Counted from the stretch's first letter, positions 15,060-21,010 are shown. The stretch is DNA of 32,000 bases from Candidatus Pelagibacter sp. HTCC7211 (GCF_000155895.1 NZ_DS995298.1:810001-842000), one strand, 5' to 3'. The notes: generated by a model not told the origin, from the sequence alone. Program-made: numbers and translations.

Positions 15060-15355
15060 TGAGTATTAAATCTAATTTCTATTATGACGCTGTTAAAGGA
15101 ATTTATTTAAATGATAATATAGTAAAATTTAATATGGTTTCAGTACCAATGTCTCAAAACGAAATTGAAGAAAAAATTACATTAATTTCTTCGTTAAGTC
15201 GTTTCGAAGCAATGGTTAATTTTTTAAGTGGAGAACTAAAAAAGATGAAATCTTTAGAAATTTCAAACAATGGAGAAAATTCTGCTGAGGAAAAAATAGA
15301 AAATGAAAAAAAACCTGAAAAAGGTAAAATTTTAGGTTCTTTTGAAAAAAAATAA
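15056..15355 (+). CDS. hypothetical protein (99 aa)
   Basis: ORF track. GTGATG overlap with the upstream gene. Confidence 0.5.
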   Translation: MMSIKSNFYYDAVKGIYLNDNIVKFNMVSVPMSQNEIEEKITLISSLSRFEAMVNFLSGELKKMKSLEISNNGENSAEEKIENEKKPEKGKILGSFEKK

Positions 15356-15402
15356 AATTATAAAAAAATTAAGATATTAATTAAATTAATCGTCCTATAA
15401 AG

Positions 15403-15553
15403 TATAGGATAACCAGCACAAGACCAGCACACAGAGATATAAAATAAAAAAAATTTACTTATAGGTCTTGTTCAATTATAAATATTAGCATAAACACTCA
15501 TGAAATTCATTAATGCCCTCGTGGTGAAATTGGTAGACACAAAGGACTTAAAA
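15403..15553 (+). repeat. direct repeat DR-R (partner of 13584..13734), continuous with intact tRNA-Leu
   Basis: See DR-L. Preceded by the perfect palindrome TCCTATA-aag-TATAGGA (15393..15409). Confidence 0.85.
15454..15482 (+). promoter_or_regulatory. candidate tRNA-Leu/nadK promoter TTTACT-N17-TATAAA
   Basis: Good hexamers and spacing about 35 nt upstream of the tRNA. The same element is duplicated at 13635..13663. Confidence 0.4.
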
Positions 15554-15600
15554 TCCTTGCCGCTTGCGGAGTGCCAGTTCGAGTCTGGCCGAGGGCACCA
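15515..15600 (+). tRNA. tRNA-Leu (anticodon UAA)
   Basis: Manual cloverleaf: acceptor GCCCTCG/CGAGGGC, anticodon loop CT-TAA-AA, long variable arm, T-loop TTCGAGT, encoded CCA. Confidence 0.9.
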
Positions 15601-15604
15601 CTAA

Positions 15605-16375
15605 ATGAGCAAACCTCAAATTATTTCTGACAAAAATAAAAAATCATCAAATATTAAAAATTTACTTTTAAAAAAAATTAAAAATTACTCATTTAAACAA
15701 AAAGATCTTGTAATTGTCATTGGTGGTGATGGCTTTATGCTTAAAACATTAAAAAAAATTAAAAATTCAAAAAAAAGATTTTATGGAATTAATTCAGGAA
15801 ATTATGGATTCTTAATGAATAAGTTTTCTTCAAAAAATATAATTAAGAATTTATCTAATGCTAATATGATTTCAATTTCACCTCTAGAAATGGTTGTAAA
15901 AAATAAGAATAATCAAACAAAAAAATCCTTAGCTATTAATGAAGTTTCAGTACTAAGACAAAGCAGACAAGCAGCATCTTTATCAATTAAACATGGTTCA
16001 AAACAAATTATTAAGAATTTAGTTTCAGATGGAGTTCTAGTATCAACACCTGCGGGGAGTACTGCTTACAATCTGTCAGTTCATGGACCTATATTAGGGT
16101 TAAACTCAAAAAAATTATCTATTGCTCCCATTAGCCCATTTAGACCTAGAAGATGGAGGGGTAAAATAGTTGGTGATAAATTAAAAATTATAATTACTAA
16201 TTTAAACACAACCAAAAGGCCAATTAGTGCTGTTGCTGATAATTTAGAAGTTAGAAATGCTAAGTCTATTTCTATTCAAACTAATAATAAAATTAAGTTC
16301 AATCTTCTTTATGACAAAAATAGAAGCTTACAAAAAAAAATTAAAATTGAACAATTAAGAAGAGAAACAAGCTAA
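15605..16375 (+). CDS. nadK: NAD(+) kinase
   Basis: VIVIGGDGFML, GINSGNYGFL, NEVSVLR and DGVLVSTPAGSTAYNLSVHGPIL are NAD kinase signatures. The ATG is 4 nt after the tRNA-Leu CCA. Confidence 0.9.
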   Translation: MSKPQIISDKNKKSSNIKNLLLKKIKNYSFKQKDLVIVIGGDGFMLKTLKKIKNSKKRFYGINSGNYGFLMNKFSSKNIIKNLSNANMISISPLEMVVKNKNNQTKKSLAINEVSVLRQSRQAASLSIKHGSKQIIKNLVSDGVLVSTPAGSTAYNLSVHGPILGLNSKKLSIAPISPFRPRRWRGKIVGDKLKIIITNLNTTKRPISAVADNLEVRNAKSISIQTNNKIKFNLLYDKNRSLQKKIKIEQLRRETS

Positions 16376-16397
16376 CTTACCTAATTATATTTAATGA

Positions 16398-16443
16398 TGG
16401 TGCTTTCGCACGGATTCGAACTATAGACCTATTGATTATAAAT
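16398..16443 (-). repeat. decayed copy of the 3' end of tRNA-Thr (att-like site 1)
   Basis: TGGTGCtttCGCACGGATTCGAACtataGACCTATTGATTAtAAATt against the intact gene. All 9 differences are GC-to-AT transitions. Confidence 0.75.
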
Positions 16444-16504
16444 TAAAATTCATTTTTTTAAATAAGCATTATCTATTATCATTAATTGTTGAATATATTT
16501 AGTC

Positions 16505-16533
16505 TAGTCACACACTAATCAGAATGATAAGGT
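16505..16533 (+). promoter_or_regulatory. cassette C promoter TAGTCA-N17-TAAGGT (TG-extended), 7 nt before GTG 16541
   Basis: Positionally homologous to the cassette A and B promoters. Confidence 0.4.
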
Positions 16534-16540
16534 TTTTATT

Positions 16541-17581
16541 GTGAAAAATATTTTCATCTCATCACTTTTTTATTTATTTTTATTTTTACCATATTTAAAT
16601 TATACAAATGCTGATCACACACTTTTGCATAATTTAAATCAAAAAAAAGCAAAATCCAAAAATGAAATACAAGGATCAACATCGGCCAAAGACACTACTA
16701 AAACTCCAACTTTAGAAAAGTGTAAAAAAAAGATTGCTACTCTAGCAGTTGTTGAGCCGCAAGATTATGAGATGTTGGCATTATCACAATACTCTTTACC
16801 TTCACCAACATCATTAATAAGACTAATAGTACAACAGTCTAATTGTTTTATTGTTTTGGAAAGAGGTATTGCTATGCAAAATTTATTACAAGAAAGAACT
16901 CTTTCATCTTCAGGAGAGTTAAAGCAAGACCAAAATATGGGTAAAGGTCAAATGATTACAGCTGATTATATTTTAACACCAACGATTATATTTAAAGAAG
17001 CTAACACCGGAGGTGTGGGTGGATTATTAGGGGGATTATTACCTGGCAACGCTGGTTCTGTTGCTGGAATTATTGGAGGTAGTTTAAAATTTAGTGAGTC
17101 TCAAACCTCACTTACACTAGCTGATACAAGAAGTGGAATCCAAGTTGCTGCTGCTGCTGGTGCTTCTAAAAAATCAAGTTTTGGAGTTGTTGCAGGTTTA
17201 GGAGGAAGCTCAGCTGCAGCTGGTTTGGGTGCTTACTCAAATACTCCTGAAGGTAAAGTTGTAGCCGCAGCTTTTTTACAAACTTATAACTCTATAGTAG
17301 ATACAATTGAAGGTGATAAAGACCTAATAAGAGAAAACTCCTTACTAGAATTTAAAAAAGAAGGAGGAAAGAAAATTAAAAAAGCAAAAAAAAGTATTGT
17401 TGGAGAAGTTAGATTATCAAAAATAAATAATGTTCCAGTATTTACAAAACCTGATGGAGAAAATATTATATTTAAACTTACTTCAAAAGAAGAGGTTGTT
17501 ATATTGGGTGAAGAGGGAGATTACTATAATATAATGGGATCTGGTGGAGAAGGTTGGGTAAAAAAAATTTTAATTAAATAA
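16541..17581 (+). CDS. CsgG-family protein with Gly-rich insert and C-terminal SH3b-like domain (346 aa)
   Basis: SLIRLIVQQSNCFIVLERGIAMQNLLQERTL and ITADYILTPTIIFKEANTGGVGG parallel CsgG (AMLVTALKDSRWFIPLERQGLQNLLNERKI; ANIMVEGSIIGYESNVKSGGVGA). The C-terminus VPVFTKPDG...VVILGEEGDYYNI...GWVKK is SH3b-like. Confidence 0.6.
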   Translation: MKNIFISSLFYLFLFLPYLNYTNADHTLLHNLNQKKAKSKNEIQGSTSAKDTTKTPTLEKCKKKIATLAVVEPQDYEMLALSQYSLPSPTSLIRLIVQQSNCFIVLERGIAMQNLLQERTLSSSGELKQDQNMGKGQMITADYILTPTIIFKEANTGGVGGLLGGLLPGNAGSVAGIIGGSLKFSESQTSLTLADTRSGIQVAAAAGASKKSSFGVVAGLGGSSAAAGLGAYSNTPEGKVVAAAFLQTYNSIVDTIEGDKDLIRENSLLEFKKEGGKKIKKAKKSIVGEVRLSKINNVPVFTKPDGENIIFKLTSKEEVVILGEEGDYYNIMGSGGEGWVKKILIK

Positions 17582-17685
17582 CTAAATTATAAATAAATCC
17601 TGTAGGCAATTGCTACACACTTAATATAAATATTTATATAAAATCAAATTCTTCAAATATAATAATCTTTGATTTAATTTAATGA

Positions 17686-17736
17686 TGGTGCCCCCGCACG
17701 GATTCGAACCGCGGACCTATTGATTACAAATCAATT
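17686..17736 (-). repeat. exact copy of the 3' 51 nt of tRNA-Thr (att-like site 2)
   Basis: TGGTGCCCCCGCACGGATTCGAACCGCGGACCTATTGATTACAAATCAATT is identical to 20935..20985. Confidence 0.9.
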
Positions 17737-17790
17737 CTAAAAGTTTAAATAAACATATGTTTGCAACAATAATCTTAAAATATATTTAGC

Positions 17791-17820
17791 TTGGCAACAA
17801 TCTGGCAACAGTGATAAAGT
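17791..17820 (+). promoter_or_regulatory. cassette B promoter TTGGCA-N18-TAAAGT (TG-extended), N6-ATG; overlapped by the tandem 11-mers TGGCAACAATC/TGGCAACAGTG
   Basis: 11-mers at 17792..17813, -10 at 17815..17820, ATG at 17827. Confidence 0.45.
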
Positions 17821-17826
17821 TTTTTT

Positions 17827-18417
17827 ATGAAGCGAAATGGTTTCACATTAATAGAACTCTTAGTCGTAGTAGCAATCATCGGTATACTTGCTGCAGTGGG
17901 TGTTGTTGCTTATGATGGTTATACTAGTATTGCAAAAGATAATGCTGTTAAGGTAAATTGTAAACAAGTTGCTTCAGAGATAGGTTCGAAGTTTGGTTTT
18001 TGTGCAATGAATCCTGGATCATCTATACAACTAAAATCAATTGGTGGAAGACAAACCATAGAAAATGTTCAATGTGATAAAAATAAAACCAGTACAGGAC
18101 AGATGTTAATCAAAATAGTTAATCATTTAAATAATGAAGGTTATAAAAATCCTTATGGACATAATAGTGGTACAGAAGGTGTTCATAATGGACCCGGTGC
18201 CTATCAAGCAAGTTCTGGACTTTGGTGGCAAGATTTAATGATTAAAGGAAATAGCTATGATAAGTTATCACTAGGTAGATGTGTAGTGCAATATCATACC
18301 AATGGAGATATTGGTGTTACAGGTTTTTTTGATGCGGGAACTTTTAAAGCAAATGGTCGTGACCTTTCAGAAGCATTGCAATGGACACAATTAATCATGA
18401 CAGCTGATACTAGATGA
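17827..18417 (+). CDS. type IV pilin-like / pseudopilin protein with prepilin N-terminal motif (196 aa)
   Basis: MKRNG|FTLIELLVVVAIIGILAAVGVVAY is the canonical prepilin cleavage/methylation domain. Confidence 0.85.
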   Translation: MKRNGFTLIELLVVVAIIGILAAVGVVAYDGYTSIAKDNAVKVNCKQVASEIGSKFGFCAMNPGSSIQLKSIGGRQTIENVQCDKNKTSTGQMLIKIVNHLNNEGYKNPYGHNSGTEGVHNGPGAYQASSGLWWQDLMIKGNSYDKLSLGRCVVQYHTNGDIGVTGFFDAGTFKANGRDLSEALQWTQLIMTADTR

Positions 18418-18914
18418 AACAAAAAGGTTTCACCCTAATAGAACTCTTAGTCGTAGTTGCAATCATCGGTATTCTCGCTGCAGTAGGTGTGGTTGCTTAT
18501 AGTGGATATACGAGTGGTGCAAAGAAATCTGCCATTAAATCAAATTTTAAAACTGTAGAAAAATATACATCTGCTGAATTAATGAAGTGTCAAATAGGTC
18601 AAACAGATATTTTTATAAACTCTGGATCAAATAAAGTTAGTTGTAGTGGTGTAGATAATCCAGGTAGAACTTATACAGCAATGGTTTTTGATCCTAGTCT
18701 TAGATTCTTAAATCCAATTAATAATGGAATTGGAAATAGAGCTGACCAACATGTATTAAGAAACGATGTTTATAAAGGATCAAACATACCAGACAACATG
18801 ACTGGTTATATTTTTTTAAATTTCGGATCAACTTGGCCAGCAACTATGAGATCTTGTATTGAGGCACCTTGTTCAAATCCAAACAACATCTTAACTTCAA
18901 GTATTAATTATTAG
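18414..18914 (+). CDS. type IV pilin-like / pseudopilin protein, paralog with divergent C-terminus (166 aa)
   Basis: MKQKG|FTLIELLVVVAIIGILAAVGVVAY. ATGA overlap with the upstream pilin gene. Confidence 0.85.
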   Translation: MKQKGFTLIELLVVVAIIGILAAVGVVAYSGYTSGAKKSAIKSNFKTVEKYTSAELMKCQIGQTDIFINSGSNKVSCSGVDNPGRTYTAMVFDPSLRFLNPINNGIGNRADQHVLRNDVYKGSNIPDNMTGYIFLNFGSTWPATMRSCIEAPCSNPNNILTSSINY

Positions 18915-18918
18915 CAAC

Positions 18919-18972
18919 CGACTACTTGATTTGATAACAAACTGACAACAATCTGACAACACTTATTGTTGT
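18919..18972 (+). repeat. cassette B right end: CGACTACTTGAT box + three tandem 11-mers + an inverted copy
   Basis: CGACTACTTGAT 18919..18930. TGATAACAAAC, TGACAACAATC and TGACAACACTT span 18932..18964. ATTGTTGT is at 18965..18972. Confidence 0.65.
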
Positions 18973-19018
18973 AAGATTAGTTCCTGCATAGATATTTTAT
19001 ATGAAAAAGTAAGTGAAG

Positions 19019-19066
19019 TGGTGCCCCCGCACGGATTCGAACCGCGGACCTATTGATTACAAATCA
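19019..19066 (-). repeat. exact copy of the 3' 48 nt of tRNA-Thr (att-like site 3)
   Basis: Identical to 20935..20982. The 6 nt beyond the tRNA end (GTGAAG, 19013..19018) also match 20929..20934. Confidence 0.9.
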
Positions 19067-19124
19067 GGAATAAAACTTTAAATAGATCTTTGTTTTCAAC
19101 GAAATTCAATATTTAACTTTGATA

Positions 19125-19153
19125 TAGTCACACTAGCGTCACAGTGATAATAT
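19125..19153 (+). promoter_or_regulatory. cassette A promoter TAGTCA-N17-TAATAT (TG-extended), N6-ATG; overlapped by the tandem 11-mers
   Basis: 11-mers at 19126..19147, -10 at 19148..19153, ATG at 19160. Confidence 0.45.
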
Positions 19154-19159
19154 TTTTGT

Positions 19160-19627
19160 ATGGGAGATATTAATAAAGCACCAAATGACTTTTTCGAAAA
19201 TTGGAATAACCTTAAAAGTATGCCTTATAAAAATGTTATCGAACAATTTGTTAAAAGAAGTGATGAAAATAAAATGATGAATGCTACTCAGTTTGAAATT
19301 GAAAACTTCCCAAAGAAAGTTCGCAAAGATTTAACTGTTTCTGAAACTAATATATTTTATCACGGCTTATCAGGATTATTCAAAGATGATAAATGGTGGA
19401 AAGATGCGTCAGTTGCTGATGCTTGTACGTTTTATTTATCTTGTGCACGAAACTTTATTCCATATTTTAAAGATTATGCACAAGAGGAAGATAATCTATC
19501 TCAAAAGCAAAAAAATGAAATTTTTAGCTTATATCAAATATGTACATTATTTATTTCTTGGAACGCGATGAGAGAAAAGAATTTAAGAAAAATTATGGGT
19601 ATTAAGAAGGGTTTATTTTTAAGATGA
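19160..19627 (+). CDS. hypothetical protein (155 aa)
   Basis: ORF track. Confidence 0.55.
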   Translation: MGDINKAPNDFFENWNNLKSMPYKNVIEQFVKRSDENKMMNATQFEIENFPKKVRKDLTVSETNIFYHGLSGLFKDDKWWKDASVADACTFYLSCARNFIPYFKDYAQEEDNLSQKQKNEIFSLYQICTLFISWNAMREKNLRKIMGIKKGLFLR

Positions 19628-20076
19628 AAAAACTTTTAGGGATCGTGGTTCTTGGTTTGTTGTTGAGTGGGAATTCTTATGCAAAGATTATAAAACTACA
19701 CTGTGAATTTATAGCAGGGAATATTATTGAAAAAGTACCTCACCCTGGTCACGAGGATATTAAAAAAAATACAACGTATATTTCAATTAGTGAACACGAT
19801 ATAAAAGGCTATAATATAAAATTGGACACAACGAAGGAAGAAATTATTGAGGCTCCAAATTATAGTTCAGATGGTTCTACACGTATGTTTGGTGATGAAA
19901 TAATAGAATGGTTTGCTGCGCTTGGCTCTGGATCAGAACTTAAAGTACGCTACACATTAAATCGATATACTGGTCGATTAAGAGAATATCACAAACATTA
20001 TAAATATGGAGATACAGAAAATAACTATTGGATGGATCTTATTTATGATTGTTCAAAAGCTAAAAAATTATTTTAA
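19624..20076 (+). CDS. secreted hypothetical protein (150 aa)
   Basis: ORF track. Signal peptide LGLLLSGNSYA|K. ATGA overlap with the upstream gene. Confidence 0.55.
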   Translation: MKKLLGIVVLGLLLSGNSYAKIIKLHCEFIAGNIIEKVPHPGHEDIKKNTTYISISEHDIKGYNIKLDTTKEEIIEAPNYSSDGSTRMFGDEIIEWFAALGSGSELKVRYTLNRYTGRLREYHKHYKYGDTENNYWMDLIYDCSKAKKLF

Positions 20077-20077
20077 T

Positions 20078-20266
20078 ATGAAAAAACTTTTTGAAGATTT
20101 TAAGACACTAGATAACTCTTGGAAATTTATTATTGTAGGTAGTTTAATTGGATTGGTTGGTTATGTGATGAGTGAAACAGTTACTTATGAATTTTGGTAT
20201 TCTTTTCACTGGGTTGGTTTAGGTATAGCAATTTTTGGCTGGTTGATGGCAGCTTTTGGAAAATAA
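20078..20266 (+). CDS. small two-TM membrane protein (62 aa)
   Basis: Track ORF 20006..20266 trimmed to the ATG at 20078, just after the upstream stop. Two hydrophobic helices. Confidence 0.45.
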   Translation: MKKLFEDFKTLDNSWKFIIVGSLIGLVGYVMSETVTYEFWYSFHWVGLGIAIFGWLMAAFGK

Positions 20267-20268
20267 AA

Positions 20269-20820
20269 ATGAAAAAATTTTTAGAGATAACTATTCTTTG
20301 GCTTTTTTTAATTGGAAATTCTTATGCTATTGAAAATTGGGAAATTAAAAAAGTTATAGATAATAAATATATAGAAATATCTACAGAGGGACTTAATGTT
20401 AAAGGTGATAAATATAAGCTCCTTATGAAGCTAAATGGAAAATGTGATACTATTGAAGATGGCTTTACGTTTTATACAACAAAAAATAATCCAGGAGTTA
20501 TGCTTCTACCAGGAAAGAAAATTAAAATTGAGTCTATGGGAAAAATATTTGCATCTGAAATAAAAGCGGTTGTTCCAGTTTTAAGTGGTTCTCATCATCT
20601 AGTTTGGATAACAAATGGATTATATGAGTTTGAAGGACATACAAACTTTATAAGCCAAAGTGAAAAAAATGACGTTAAGTTACATTTTGTATTTGATGAT
20701 TTTGAGAAAGGAACAGGTTGGGAAGCAAAAGAATTTTTTAATGAAACAGAAAATACTTGGAGTCTGAAGAATTTTTCTGAAGCTGTGAAGTTGGGTCAAA
20801 AAATGTGTTTGGATAACTAA
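20269..20820 (+). CDS. secreted hypothetical protein (183 aa)
   Basis: Track ORF 20194..20820 trimmed to the ATG at 20269. Signal peptide LWLFLIGNSYA|I is similar to that of 19624..20076. Confidence 0.55.
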   Translation: MKKFLEITILWLFLIGNSYAIENWEIKKVIDNKYIEISTEGLNVKGDKYKLLMKLNGKCDTIEDGFTFYTTKNNPGVMLLPGKKIKIESMGKIFASEIKAVVPVLSGSHHLVWITNGLYEFEGHTNFISQSEKNDVKLHFVFDDFEKGTGWEAKEFFNETENTWSLKNFSEAVKLGQKMCLDN

Positions 20821-20822
20821 AA

Positions 20823-20869
20823 CGACTACTTGATCACACCACACTCACGTCACACTAACGTCACACTCA
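20823..20869 (+). repeat. cassette A right end: CGACTACTTGAT box + three tandem 11-mers
   Basis: CGACTACTTGAT 20823..20834. CACCACACTCA, CGTCACACTAA and CGTCACACTCA span 20837..20869. Confidence 0.65.
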
Positions 20870-20934
20870 TTAAAGAAATTTAATTTAAACTAAAACTTTA
20901 GAAAAAAATTTAACGTTGATTTTATTGAGTGAAG

Positions 20935-21010
20935 TGGTGCCCCCGCACGGATTCGAACCGCGGACCTATTGATTACAAATCAATTGCTCTACCAACTGAG
21001 CTACAAGGGC
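20935..21010 (-). tRNA. tRNA-Thr (anticodon UGU)
   Basis: Manual cloverleaf on the minus strand: acceptor GCCCTTG/CGGGGGC (two G-U pairs), anticodon loop TT-TGT-AA, T-loop TTCGAAT, encoded CCA. Confidence 0.9.

Larger units (their letters stand above)
13584..15553. mobile_element. about 1.8-kb integrase-less insertion bounded by 150-bp direct repeats at the 5' side of tRNA-Leu
   Basis: DR-L 13584..13734 and DR-R 15403..15553. The interior carries 3 coupled genes and matching arm-like repeats ACCAGCACAAAACCAGCACA (13862..13881) and ACCAGCACAAGACCAGCACA (15412..15431). Confidence 0.6.
16398..17685. mobile_element. cassette C (distal, oldest): tRNA-Thr fragment + promoter + CsgG-like gene; no integrase
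   Basis: Bounded by the tRNA-Thr 3' fragments at 16398 and 17686. Both boundaries are preceded by TTTAATGA. Confidence 0.55.
17686..19018. mobile_element. cassette B: tRNA-Thr fragment + promoter + two pilin-like genes; no integrase
   Basis: Bounded by the fragments at 17686 and 19019. Matching 11-mers TGGCAACAATC (left) and TGACAACAATC (right). Confidence 0.6.
19019..20934. mobile_element. cassette A (proximal): tRNA-Thr fragment + promoter + four small genes; no integrase
   Basis: Bounded by the fragment at 19019 and the intact tRNA-Thr. GTCACACTAGCGTCACA (left) against GTCACACTAACGTCACA (right). Confidence 0.6.

Noticed and set aside
1-15400. Complete prophage
   Set aside because: No integrase, terminase, portal, capsid or tail gene is recognisable. 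Only phage-like regulatory logic and nucleases are present. The left boundary is outside the window, so a satellite or remnant cannot be excluded.
15524-15530. GTGAAAT inside tRNA-Leu (and its copy at 13705..13711) resembling an operator half-site
   Set aside because: It is part of the conserved D-arm, has no ATTTCAC partner 12 bp away, and the leading A of the half-site is missing.
16398-21010. Repeated ~48-nt element as a CRISPR-like or REP-type array
   Set aside because: The repeat is the 3' end of tRNA-Thr, and the intervals are 1.3-1.9 kb coding cassettes. This pattern is typical of serial site-specific integration.
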